From positions 1,376,001-1,440,000 of the forward strand of contig CAWKDC010000001.1 in NCBI GenBank assembly GCA_963848305.1: DNA of 64,000 nt, read 5' to 3'. Positions 10,877-20,999 of this stretch are shown here, piece after piece. Position 1 is the stretch's first letter, and every line of letters starts with the position of its first letter. The notes under the pieces are model-generated. The model was not told the DNA's origin and ran no database searches. It was given only the letters and a program-made list of their open reading frames with translations. Source of the DNA: an uncultured Gammaproteobacteria bacterium. Its GTDB lineage: Bacteria > Pseudomonadota > Gammaproteobacteria > JABCZS01. A program made the position numbers and the translations under genes.

Positions 10877-11596
10877 CTACTTTGAGAGCAACCCAGGCTC
10901 ATCTGAAAAAACACCTGCCACACCCATCGCCAGCAATGCGGCGGCTCGAGCGGCATCATTGACCGTGAAACACAATACTTGGTAGCCGCGTGACTTCAAT
11001 GTGTCGATCAATGATTGGCTGGCCCAGGCTTGATTGATATGAATCGTGTCAAAGGGAATTCGGCTAGCCAGGCCGATGTCCAGACCGCGCTCATCCTCGC
11101 ATAACCATCCATAATGGTATTGAGGCGCCTGTGCATAGGCTGCTTCGAGTGCGAGCATGGAAAAACTGGAGATTAAAATATTTTCTGCGGGAAAGCCGGT
11201 CTCTATCACCGTTTGCATGGAGATAACCGCCGTGTCTGTTTCCATCCCTGGGGCTGGTTTCAACTCGAGATTTAAACCCATATGATTGTCAGCCAGAAAA
11301 GCCAATAAATCCGTTAATCGTGGAATTCTTTCGCCTTGAAATGCAGGCGAGAAAAAACTGCCTGCATCACATTGTTCAATTTGTGCGATCGTGTACTCAT
11401 TGACGAGCGCATCAACCCCGGTGGTGCGCAGCAAGGAATCATCATGATGAAGCACGGGGATAAAATCTTTGGTTAAACGGACATCTGTTTCCACCCAAGT
11501 GGCCCCCAAATCACGGGCTTTTCGGAAGGCAGCGATCGTATTTTCAGGTGCGTATCGTGACGCCCCTCGGTGGGCAATCAGTGGGGGTAATCTCAT
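10877..11596 (-). CDS. ugpQ: Glycerophosphodiester phosphodiesterase (UgpQ/GlpQ family)
   Basis: IAHRGAS..APENT, VETDV.LTKD, LNLELK, FTVND, GVFSD. Confidence 0.9.
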   Translation of the reverse strand: MRLPPLIAHRGASRYAPENTIAAFRKARDLGATWVETDVRLTKDFIPVLHHDDSLLRTTGVDALVNEYTIAQIEQCDAGSFFSPAFQGERIPRLTDLLAFLADNHMGLNLELKPAPGMETDTAVISMQTVIETGFPAENILISSFSMLALEAAYAQAPQYHYGWLCEDERGLDIGLASRIPFDTIHINQAWASQSLIDTLKSRGYQVLCFTVNDAARAAALLAMGVAGVFSDEPGLLSK

Positions 11597-12162
11597 TTCG
11601 CTTCAACCATATAAGCAATAATGGGTGCTGCGGTGGCATCATCAAATTCACATGCCGCTTCAATGCCCGCGCGTGCGACGTCTTCAGCAGACAGGGCTTT
11701 GTCTTCATAACATTGGAACATGGCGCCGAGGGCAAATTCATTGCCCGACCCATAGGAATAAAAGCGTTCAAATTCTTGGACATCTCGATAAGAGCCGACT
11801 GCAAAAATACCGCGTGGATTGACGATCAAAATATATAAGCTGCTGGGTTCAAAACCGCTTTCCTCTTCATTGCTTTCGAAATGGTAGAAGTCTTTCAGTT
11901 GTTGTTGAAAGTTGCGGAATGTTAAAAAGATATCATCGACGCTGTCAAACGAAAATGTTTCTTGTGTTGTGGTAAAATGATGCCGCAGTGCCAATATGCC
12001 TGCTGCAGGGCCTGTGACGGCTAAATAGCTGTCATTCACTTGAAGGATTTTGTTGTGGTTCACAACGTATTTCGCAGGGTTCTTCTCGTTTCCCCATTTG
12101 ATGAGGGTATCGCAAGCGATAGCAATTTGGTTACCTTTACGAACGGCTGTGACGGTCGACAT
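11593..12162 (-). CDS. Proteasome/HslV-like Ntn hydrolase (BPH-like subfamily)
   Basis: N-terminal STVTAVRKGNQIAIACDT, NKI, and GSGNEFALGAM...GIEAACEFD, typical of proteasome beta-type subunits. Confidence 0.8.
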   Translation of the reverse strand: MSTVTAVRKGNQIAIACDTLIKWGNEKNPAKYVVNHNKILQVNDSYLAVTGPAAGILALRHHFTTTQETFSFDSVDDIFLTFRNFQQQLKDFYHFESNEEESGFEPSSLYILIVNPRGIFAVGSYRDVQEFERFYSYGSGNEFALGAMFQCYEDKALSAEDVARAGIEAACEFDDATAAPIIAYMVEAK

Positions 12163-12230
12163 GTGTGGTCATCAACAAGTTTGGAAATGGTAAAGGGATA
12201 CTAGCACAGATTTTTTTAAAGAGGTTGCCC

Positions 12231-14381
12231 ATGAAAGCAGACATTATCGCGTCATTGAATGAAGAACAACGCGCCGCAGTCACCGCGGACGCGCAGCATT
12301 TAGTTGTGCTGGCAGGGGCAGGCAGCGGCAAAACGCGCGTGTTGGTGCACCGGATTGCTTGGGTGCTTCAAACATATGGTTTGTCGCCACATGCAATATT
12401 GGCGGTCACCTTTACCAATAAAGCCGCTGCACAAATGCGTGAACGGATTGAAACGTTATTGGGCATGTCGGTGATGGGCATGTGGGTGGGCACTTTCCAC
12501 GGCTTATCGCACCGATTATTGCGTCAACACTGGGCTGAAGCAGGATTGCCGCAGGGGTTTGGCGTGTTGGATAGTGATGATCAACAGCGTCTGATCAAGC
12601 GGATCATGAAACAACTTGAGATTGAGGACGATCGCTTTCCCGTTCGGCAAGTGCAACATTATATCAATCAAAAAAAAGATGAAGGTTTGCGCGCGGCGCA
12701 TGTCGCACCAGGTTATGATTTGCAAAGCCGCACGATGCACAGCATTTATGTCGCTTATGAAGAAGCGTGCCAACGCATGGGGCTTGTGGATTTTGCTGAA
12801 TTATTATTGCGTTCACACGAATTGTGGCGCAATCATCCTGACATTCTGGCGCATTATCGTCAGCGTTTTGCTCATATATTGGTGGATGAGTTTCAAGACA
12901 CCAACAGTATTCAATACGCCTGGTTGCGCGCCTTGATGGGGTCAGATAACCACATGATGATCGTGGGGGATGATGATCAGTCCATTTACGGCTGGCGTGG
13001 CGCGAAGGACAATATTCATCGCTTCACACAAGATTATCCTGACGCAGTGATTGTGCGCTTGGAACAAAATTATCGTTCCACACAAACAATATTAGAAGCA
13101 GCCAATCACCTTATCCGTTTCAACGATAATCGCATGGGCAAAGAATTATGGACACAATCGAAAGGTGGCGATTTGATTGATGTGTACAGTGCCTTCAGTG
13201 AAATCGATGAAGCACATTATGTGGTTTCACGTATTCAGCAATGGTACAGTCATCACGGGCGCTATCAAGATGCCGCGATTTTATACCGTTCCAATGCGCA
13301 ATCTCGTGTGCTGGAAGAATCATTGATCCGCGCCGGCATCCCCTATCGCATATTTGGTGGTTTGCGATTTTTTGAACGTGCGGAAATCAAAGATGCATTG
13401 GCCTATTTAAGATTGCTCGAGCACCCTGAAGATGATGTTGCCTTCGAACGCGTGGTGAATTTACCCGTGCGTGGCATTGGTGATCGCACATTGGATGAAC
13501 TGCGCGGTTTCGCGCGCACGAGTGAAAAGCCTTTATGGCATGCGGCGATTGAACTATTGAAAATATCACATTTTTCAGCACGTGCAGGTGCTGCGTTGCA
13601 ACATTTTATTGATTTGATTGTAGGCATTAAAGAAAGTATTGAAGAATTGCCTTTGGCTGAACAAATTGCGATCACCTTAGAAGCGAGTGGATTATTAGAG
13701 CATTATCGTTCACAAAAAGGTGAAAAAGCACAAACCAAATTGGAAAACTTGGAAGAATTGATCACAGCCGGTCAACAATTTGAAATGCCCGATGGAGAAG
13801 CCTCTGCGACACCTTTGCAGGCTTTTTTAAGTCAAGCTGCCTTAGAATCCGGTGATGCGCAAGCTGCTGCATTCAGTGACGCAGTTCAACTCATGACATT
13901 GCACAGCGCCAAAGGGTTGGAATTTCCGTTAGTCTTTTTAACCGGAATGGAAGAAGGTTTATTCCCGCATGAAATGTCGCACAGCGAACCTGGTCGTTTG
14001 GAAGAAGAGCGCCGCTTGTGTTACGTCGGCATGACACGTGCGATGCAGAAATTGGTTTTAGTGTATGCGCAATCACGCATGTTGCACGGGCGTCAAATGT
14101 ACAGTCGTCCATCACGTTTTTTATCTGAATTGCCACCAGCATGTTTGAATGAAGTACGCGTCACGCGGTCACAATCGGTTGTGCAGCAAATTTTAAAGAA
14201 ACCTGTTGTGACAGATTATCCTTTTCGCTTGGGCGCGCGTGTCACACATCCAAAATTTGGTGAAGGCGTCATCACGCAATTTGAAGGCGAAGGCGAACAT
14301 GCCCGCGTGCAGGTCAAATTCAAAACCAATGGGGTGAAGTGGTTAGTGCTGGGGTATGCGAAATTGGAAAAAGCGTTGTAG
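12231..14381 (+). CDS. uvrD: DNA helicase II
   Basis: AGAGSGKT, TFTNKAA, VDEFQDTN, VGDDDQSIYGWRGA, LEQNYRS, TLHSAKGLEF, EEERRLCYVGMTRA; GAGG RBS before ATG 12231. Confidence 0.97.
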   Translation: MKADIIASLNEEQRAAVTADAQHLVVLAGAGSGKTRVLVHRIAWVLQTYGLSPHAILAVTFTNKAAAQMRERIETLLGMSVMGMWVGTFHGLSHRLLRQHWAEAGLPQGFGVLDSDDQQRLIKRIMKQLEIEDDRFPVRQVQHYINQKKDEGLRAAHVAPGYDLQSRTMHSIYVAYEEACQRMGLVDFAELLLRSHELWRNHPDILAHYRQRFAHILVDEFQDTNSIQYAWLRALMGSDNHMMIVGDDDQSIYGWRGAKDNIHRFTQDYPDAVIVRLEQNYRSTQTILEAANHLIRFNDNRMGKELWTQSKGGDLIDVYSAFSEIDEAHYVVSRIQQWYSHHGRYQDAAILYRSNAQSRVLEESLIRAGIPYRIFGGLRFFERAEIKDALAYLRLLEHPEDDVAFERVVNLPVRGIGDRTLDELRGFARTSEKPLWHAAIELLKISHFSARAGAALQHFIDLIVGIKESIEELPLAEQIAITLEASGLLEHYRSQKGEKAQTKLENLEELITAGQQFEMPDGEASATPLQAFLSQAALESGDAQAAAFSDAVQLMTLHSAKGLEFPLVFLTGMEEGLFPHEMSHSEPGRLEEERRLCYVGMTRAMQKLVLVYAQSRMLHGRQMYSRPSRFLSELPPACLNEVRVTRSQSVVQQILKKPVVTDYPFRLGARVTHPKFGEGVITQFEGEGEHARVQVKFKTNGVKWLVLGYAKLEKAL

Positions 14382-14406
14382 AGGCGGGTACTCCCGCCCA
14401 TACAAC
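14375..14406. terminator. GTAG-type REP-like hairpin between convergent uvrD and zapE; likely terminator
   Basis: gttgta-ga-ggcggg-tact-cccgcc-ca-tacaac; contains the uvrD TAG stop. Confidence 0.6.
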
Positions 14407-14408
14407 CG

Positions 14409-15455
14409 TTACAAACTTTTCATCATCTCCCTCAATCTGCTTGCCGTTCTTAAAAATTCCCCACGCAATAGATCCCCTGTATAAAGCCGATCAACATCGA
14501 CAGATGCGCTGAATACCAAATGGGCATGATTGTCATATAAAACATCAATCAGGTGAACAAATCGCCGTGTCGCATTGACATCATTGTCGGATAATCTTGG
14601 CACATGTGTGATAAAAAAAGTATCGTATTGTTTCACCAAGGTTAAATAATCTGGCGTTGAACGCGCCGTTTTACAAATCGCGTCAAATTCAAACCAAATC
14701 ATGCGGTGCGCAAGGGCGCGGGTGCGAATGGGGCGTTCATCTATGATGATCTCAGTCTCGCGTTCGATGTTGCCAGTGGCTAAACGGTTAAATAACGCAT
14801 CGATGTCAGCGAGTGCTTGATCAGGTAAACAGGTGGCTTCGTGTTTCAAAGTGCGTTGACGATAATCTTCACCGTGATCGACCAGCAATACTGTGCAATG
14901 CGCTTGAATTGCTTCGATCGCTTTTAAAAATAATTGTCGTTGCACGCCGTTTTTGTAGAGTTCGTTGGGATGTGTATTCGAGGTAGTGATCAATACAATG
15001 CCCGATTTGAAAAAGGTATTTAATAATTCGCCGAGGATCAGCGCATCTGCCACATCATCGACCGTGCATTCATCTAAACATAAGACTCTACACCCACTTC
15101 GCCATTTTTTTGCAATGATCCGGAGAGGGCCCGCTTGTCCGGCGTGCTGATTGATGGCCTGATGGATTGTGTGCATGAAATCATGAAAGTGCATTCTTTT
15201 TTTATCGGGAATATTCAATGTGTTGAAAAATAAATCCATCAATAATGTTTTACCGCGCCCCACGCCGCCCCACAAATACATCCCCTTTAAAGAAGTGGGA
15301 TGCCATGTTTGCCACCAGCGCCGTATGCCTGAATGCTCCAGGGATTGTGCGAGGGCAGCCAGTGCTTCTAGACACGTTTGTTGTGAAGGGTCTAGCACCA
15401 CGTTTCTGGCATGGAGCTGATCTTGGTAGCGGTTGGAGGGTGTTGATGTCAACAT
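14409..15455 (-). CDS. zapE: Cell division ATPase ZapE (AFG1 family)
   Basis: GMYLWGGVGRGKTLLMDLF, RMHFHDFM, TTSN.HP.ELYKNG.QR, RRFVHLIDVLYD. Confidence 0.93.
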   Translation of the reverse strand: MLTSTPSNRYQDQLHARNVVLDPSQQTCLEALAALAQSLEHSGIRRWWQTWHPTSLKGMYLWGGVGRGKTLLMDLFFNTLNIPDKKRMHFHDFMHTIHQAINQHAGQAGPLRIIAKKWRSGCRVLCLDECTVDDVADALILGELLNTFFKSGIVLITTSNTHPNELYKNGVQRQLFLKAIEAIQAHCTVLLVDHGEDYRQRTLKHEATCLPDQALADIDALFNRLATGNIERETEIIIDERPIRTRALAHRMIWFEFDAICKTARSTPDYLTLVKQYDTFFITHVPRLSDNDVNATRRFVHLIDVLYDNHAHLVFSASVDVDRLYTGDLLRGEFLRTASRLREMMKSL

Positions 15456-15458
15456 TGC

Positions 15459-16325
15459 TTACTTCACCTTCTGATTAATTTTCTGACCGTAATCATTCAT
15501 CAACCCTGTTAAAAAAGGCCAAAAGTTTTCTTGTTCTAATGTTTTTCGATATAATTCGGGCGGTAGAAAACGAGTCATTTCCTGATAAAATTCATGTTTT
15601 AGTTTTGGCTCATTGTTTAAATGCTGACATCGATCATGTAATGAGGTGAGAAAATCATTGATTTCTTTATGATGATTGTCGATTTTCAAAGGAATTAAAT
15701 CAAATGGAAGATCGACATTTTGTTGATGCAACCAAACTATGTCCCACAAATCACGGTATTTTATCCGATTGGGGCGAAAAGCAAATGCCAGAAATTTATC
15801 TGCAAATATTTCTTCACGACTCTCTGCATCAACAATGAGACCACTTGTGCCCATATCGACACCATAAGGATTTAATAGCACCATAGGTTTTACCTGATAA
15901 CTGGGAACCGCGCAAATATCAATATTTATCCGTTGAGATGGCATCTCTTTTCGACCAGGTCTTGTTTGGACTCGCAATGTCCATGTATCGACATTGCCCA
16001 GTTCACGTATAGGTTCTTTGATTTCTACTTTTAATCCATATTTATTCGCCAAGGATTCAGTGAGAATATGGGTCATGTTTGATAGTGTTTTGCGATCAAA
16101 ATCTGCGCCGCCAGTAAAGTTCAAATCCTCACTGAGCCGTTCTGATCCATAACATGCTCGCAAACATGTGCCTCCAATGAATGTGAGACCAGACAACAAT
16201 TCTGCTTCACTGAGTGTTCTGAAAATATCGTGGTGTAATAATTCTTTTTCAACCACGATGCGCAGATCAGACAACCCTTTGTTATTCGTTAATGCTTCTT
16301 CGACGATTTGATCAAATAAGTTCAT
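15459..16325 (-). CDS. Type IV TA toxin, AbiEii-family nucleotidyltransferase
   Basis: FIGGTCLRACYGSERLSEDLNF, EIFADK, RDLWDI; overlaps the upstream AbiEi-like gene. Confidence 0.88.
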   Translation of the reverse strand: MNLFDQIVEEALTNNKGLSDLRIVVEKELLHHDIFRTLSEAELLSGLTFIGGTCLRACYGSERLSEDLNFTGGADFDRKTLSNMTHILTESLANKYGLKVEIKEPIRELGNVDTWTLRVQTRPGRKEMPSQRINIDICAVPSYQVKPMVLLNPYGVDMGTSGLIVDAESREEIFADKFLAFAFRPNRIKYRDLWDIVWLHQQNVDLPFDLIPLKIDNHHKEINDFLTSLHDRCQHLNNEPKLKHEFYQEMTRFLPPELYRKTLEQENFWPFLTGLMNDYGQKINQKVK

Positions 16326-16860
16326 CCACAACACTCCAATCTATTAAATCAAGATTCCGCTTCGCGGCTTTCATGTCCTGTATGGCCAATGCTGTATGCG
16401 CTCGCCATAAACCACAGCGATCATCATAACTTAATTTTCCCACCAAATCTTCAGCCCTTTTTTGCGTGTGCACAAATTCAATCGTCCCAAATCGACCGCA
16501 CGAAATACGGTTGCTTCGACCAGAGGACATCATTGTGATCCAATTCATAGGAATTTGTGAAATCACGCCAGAATCGCTCAGAGCTGTTTCAAGGCTAATA
16601 TAATTCAAGCAGCCTGCCCGTAGCCGTGCAGCGGCATGAAACAAGAGTAAACCATCTCGACGCATGGCCTGAGGATGAATGTATAATCCTCGACAGATAC
16701 GTTCTAAATATCCCTGACTTGTTGCCCGGGAGAGCATTGTTTTAAAGGCATCGTCTGAAAGATCTTTTGCCAAGACACGCAGATCACTGGGTGTGAAAAG
16801 GTAATGCTGAGGACTTGCCAGCGCATTTAACGTGGTCATGAAACGTCTGATGGGTTGCAT
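16312..16860 (-). CDS. Type IV TA antitoxin, AbiEi family
   Basis: LERICRGLY wHTH end, YISLETALS..GVISQIP; immediately upstream of the AbiEii-like toxin. Confidence 0.85.
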   Translation of the reverse strand: MQPIRRFMTTLNALASPQHYLFTPSDLRVLAKDLSDDAFKTMLSRATSQGYLERICRGLYIHPQAMRRDGLLLFHAAARLRAGCLNYISLETALSDSGVISQIPMNWITMMSSGRSNRISCGRFGTIEFVHTQKRAEDLVGKLSYDDRCGLWRAHTALAIQDMKAAKRNLDLIDWSVVDELI

Positions 16861-17300
16861 GGGCGTTTAACTCTACAGTAAGTTACAGTAAGTGTAACCT
16901 AGTGTTGAGCAATAGGCAAATTGTTCAGTATGAAATCATAGCCAAAGTCTCTTGACTGTTGTATCTTCCTGGATACCATGTTAAATGGATTGCAACTATG
17001 CGTCAGACCAGAAACATCATTTTGTGTAAAATCGTGCCCTCCGTTTCCTCCCAGCAAGTGATTTTTAACAATAACAAAATCATTAATGATTTATTTCATT
17101 AAGTGAGCTATTTAGCCTTGATTTTTTCCCCTTTTGGGATAGACTGTTAACTGTTGGTTGAGTCACAACAGGGATGTCGCGTCAAGAAAACAAAGCAGCA
17201 CTGTTTCAGCGTCCCTAATATAATGATTTTTTTAACTTGATTTTGTCATCTAAACAGAATAGCATGGTCACATGGGTTCGATATCACAGGAGCTTTTATA

Positions 17301-17786
17301 ATGGCTTTACTCAATATTCCACTTCCCGTACAAGCAGGTCTTTGGACATTGGCGACGGTTATGGCGGCCTATATTGCGGCTGAAACCCTCATCGAGGGTG
17401 CGTCCCTCACAGGCGATCTTTATGATGAGTCCATGGTGCTTGGGGTGGGAAATGTGCTCTTTGCGATGGGTGCCGGCTTAAAGGTCACCGCGGCTTGTCA
17501 TAATGTTAAAAATAATGATTATCGCCATCATGCAACCCTTCTCGCTTTAGGGGCAGGCCTTGCCTTTTTTGCCGCTGCCCGGGCCATGAACTTGGAGATG
17601 GGTGGAGATCCTGTTGATTCTGTGCCCCATATGCTTGGTTTGGTGGTTTTGTTGAGTTTGTCTGCCTACATGTTCTGGGGCGCACGGCCTTTGCTGAAAC
17701 AGGCAGGGGTGTTTTTATCCAAAGCCGATGAAAATTCAACAGACAGGAAAAATAAGGCAGATGAGGAGCTTAAGTCTGTTTGTTGA
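17301..17786 (+). CDS. Hypothetical membrane protein (about 4 TM)
   Basis: AGGAG RBS; four hydrophobic segments; charged C-terminal tail. Confidence 0.7.
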   Translation: MALLNIPLPVQAGLWTLATVMAAYIAAETLIEGASLTGDLYDESMVLGVGNVLFAMGAGLKVTAACHNVKNNDYRHHATLLALGAGLAFFAAARAMNLEMGGDPVDSVPHMLGLVVLLSLSAYMFWGARPLLKQAGVFLSKADENSTDRKNKADEELKSVC

Positions 17787-17839
17787 CAAACTATTTTTGA
17801 TGTGTTAGAGTGGGTTATGCAGTTTGAGAGGAGTTTGTC

Positions 17840-18409
17840 ATGTTGAATTTCTTCAAAAATATTCGTATAGAGCACCTTATCGCTATAGGTGCTTATTCTT
17901 TGGGTTCCGTTGTTTTTTTGTCGGCTGGTGTGGCTGCTTTGATGATCAAGGATGATGCTAGGTTTTCGGAACCGGACGCTTTTTATTCCAATGACGAGTA
18001 TGCCCCTATCCTGTTTGCGGTGGCGGGATTGGCACTCTCTATTTCGCTTGCCTTAGCTGCACTTGCCAGGTATGGTAAATCAAAGTCGTCGGAGAAGGAT
18101 GGACCCAATGATCTGGCTTCCTTAGGAGATGTTGGCGTTCCTCCTCTTGCCGGGTTTATGGGGATGGCATGCTTAACGGCATGGGCAGCATTAGGGGTAT
18201 ACAATCATCACGATGAACTGTTATCAGAGACTGGGATAGAGTTCATGGTATGTCTAGTGGGGTCTGCATTAGTGGCTGCGTGGGCTTTATATGAGGCCAA
18301 ACCAGCGCTCAAGGGCATAGCATTGACCCTGTTCACCAATGACAGCAGGTCTTTCTATGACAAATGCAATGAAGATAAGCCCCACGCCCAAACCTCCAAA
18401 TTAATGTAG
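17840..18409 (+). CDS. Hypothetical membrane protein (about 4 TM), possible paralog of upstream ORF
   Basis: GAGGAG RBS; four hydrophobic segments; C-terminal A(K/R)PxLK segment shared with 17301-17786. Confidence 0.7.
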   Translation: MLNFFKNIRIEHLIAIGAYSLGSVVFLSAGVAALMIKDDARFSEPDAFYSNDEYAPILFAVAGLALSISLALAALARYGKSKSSEKDGPNDLASLGDVGVPPLAGFMGMACLTAWAALGVYNHHDELLSETGIEFMVCLVGSALVAAWALYEAKPALKGIALTLFTNDSRSFYDKCNEDKPHAQTSKLM

Positions 18410-18433
18410 AATGCTCCTATCAAGGAGCTTCTC

Positions 18434-20999
18434 ATGCCAACACCCTTCGTCCTGATTGACGGCAGTTCATACCTCTATCGCGCCTATCACGCGCTGCCCG
18501 CCCTCACCAATAAACAAGGCGAGCCGACGGGCGCTATTTACGGGGTCGTCAATATGCTGCGTAAGCTCATGAAGGAAGAGGCGCCCAGCCATATTGCAGT
18601 CATTTTCGACACCAAAGGCAAAACTTTTCGTCACCACTTATTCCCTGACTACAAAGCCCAGCGCCCGCCCATGCCTGATACCCTGGTGCCACAAATCGCG
18701 CCGCTCCACGCCATCATTCGCGCCATGGGGCTGCCTTTGATAGTGATGGAAGGCATTGAAGCGGACGACATCATTGGCGTGTTGACCCGCAAGGGGCGCG
18801 AGGCTGGCTATCCTGTGGTGATTTCAACGGGCGATAAAGACATGGCTCAGCTTGTCACCAAAGACATCATTCTTGAAAACACCATGACGGATCAAAAGAT
18901 GGATCCGCAAGGTGTGTTCGATAAATTCGGCGTGCGTCCTGATCAAATTGTGGATTATTTAGCCTTGATAGGCGATACGTCTGATAATATTCCGGGCGTG
19001 CCCAAAGTCGGCCCCAAAACGGCAGCGAAATGGTTGGCAGAATATGGCACACTCGATAATTTGGTCGCGCATGCGAATGAAATTACCGGCAAGGTGGGTG
19101 AGCATTTGCGAGACAGTTTAGGGATTTTACCGTTATCCAAAGATTTAGTCACATTGCGTTGTGATCTAGACATTCCCATTGAGATAGACGATCTCACTTG
19201 CTCTGCGCCCGATACTCAAACATTGCGCCAATTATTCGAGCGTTTTCAATTTAAATCGTGGTTGAATGAATTGGGCGGGGCTTCCACACCGGTTGAGCAG
19301 TCACATTATCAAACCATCACGACATTAAAAGAATTGGAGCCTTGGATCAAGGACATTCGTCATGTAAAAAAAATGTGTTTGGAAGTGCGCGGAGATGCAG
19401 CATCTCCACGATCCGCTCAATTGATTGGGATCGCATTGGCGCGCAAAGCAGGAGATGCATGTTATATTCCTTTTAATGCAGCGTTATTAACAGCGCTGAA
19501 ACCTGTATTGGAAGATGCCCACATTCATAAAATAGGCCACCATTTAAAATATGCGCAAATCGTGTTGTGGAATCATGATATTCAAATACAAGGATTAACA
19601 TTCGACACGATGTTAGAATCGTACATGTACAGCAGCGTGGGCGGACGTCACACATTGGCTGCGCTGGCTGAAAATTATTGTAATCGGACGTTGGCCACAG
19701 ACAATCCTGCTGAGAATGTTGACACGATTTTGCGCGTGCATGAAGTGTTGTGGCCCCTGTTGCAGGAAAAAGAAAAACCTGCCGCATTGTTTGAACAATT
19801 AGAAATGCCGTTATTAACAGTGCTGGCGCGCATGGAGTATTTGGGCGTGTATGTCGATGAAGCGATGTTACAATTGCAAAGCAAAGCGTTTGAGGAACGG
19901 TTGTCTGCATTGGAGAGTGACATTTTCAAAGCGAGTGGCGAATCTTTCAATGTCGAATCTCCCAAACAATTGCAATGGATTTTATTCGATAAAATGGGTT
20001 ATCCCGTGATTGAAAAAACACCGACTGGCCAGCCATCAACAGCAGAAAGTGTGTTGCAGGCATTGGCTGTCACGTACCCTTTGCCGGCCATGATTTTAGA
20101 ATACCGTAGCATCAGTAAATTGAAATCCACATACACAGATAAATTACCGTTGCAAATTAATCCTGCCACAGGGCGTGTGCATACCTCTTATCATCAAGCC
20201 GTGACAGCAACAGGGCGTTTATCTTCGTCGGATCCAAACTTGCAAAACATTCCCATTCGCACGCAAGCGGGGCGTGATATCCGAAAAGCATTTGTTGCGC
20301 CAGAAGGTAAAAAAATTGTCGCGATCGATTATTCGCAAATTGAATTGCGTATTATGGCGCACTTGTCGGAAGATCCTACTTTAATCAAAGCGTTTCATAA
20401 TAAGGTAGATATTCATACAGCCACGGCTGCAGAAGTCTTTGAAATGCCGATCGAGGGTGTTACTAAGGAAGCAGCGTCGACGTGCAAAAGCAATTAATTT
20501 TGGTTTGATTTATGGCATGAGTGCCTTTGGTTTGGCAAAGCAATTGGGCACTACACGTGAGGAAGCGCAACTGTATGTCGATATTTATTTCAAGCGATAT
20601 CCTGGTGTGAAAGCGTATATGGATCGGACACGTGCGTTTGCATCAGCGCATGGATATGTTGAAACATTATGGGGAAGACGATTGGATTTGCCTGATATCA
20701 ATTCGAATAATTTTACGACGCGAACCGCAGCAGAACGCACTGCGATCAATGCCCCCATGCAGGGTACGGCGGCAGATATTATCAAACGTGCGATGATTTC
20801 GATCGATGAATGGATCCTCATGGAAAAACCTGATGTGTGCATGATCATGCAAGTACACGATGAATTGGTATTTGAAGTGGGCGGAGACATTGAACAATAT
20901 GCGCACAAGCTCGTGCATTTCATGGAAAGTGCTATCACGTTAAATGTCCCAATTGAAGCGCATATGGGTGTTGGGTTAAACTGGGATGAGGCGCATTAA
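18434..20999 (+). CDS. polA: DNA polymerase I (apparent frameshift near 20469)
   Basis: [14 protein letters not shown] 5'-nuclease start, [23 protein letters not shown]; after the frameshift [14 protein letters not shown] and QVHDEL. Confidence 0.96.

Noticed and set aside
16900-17300. Small ORFs or ncRNA in the AbiE to membrane-protein gap
   Set aside because: Short AT-rich frames lack a convincing start and RBS, and no stable structure was noticed.
17760-17786. C-terminal prenylation (CaaX) signal in the 161-aa membrane protein
   Set aside because: The Cys is the last residue (KSVC), not fourth from the end.
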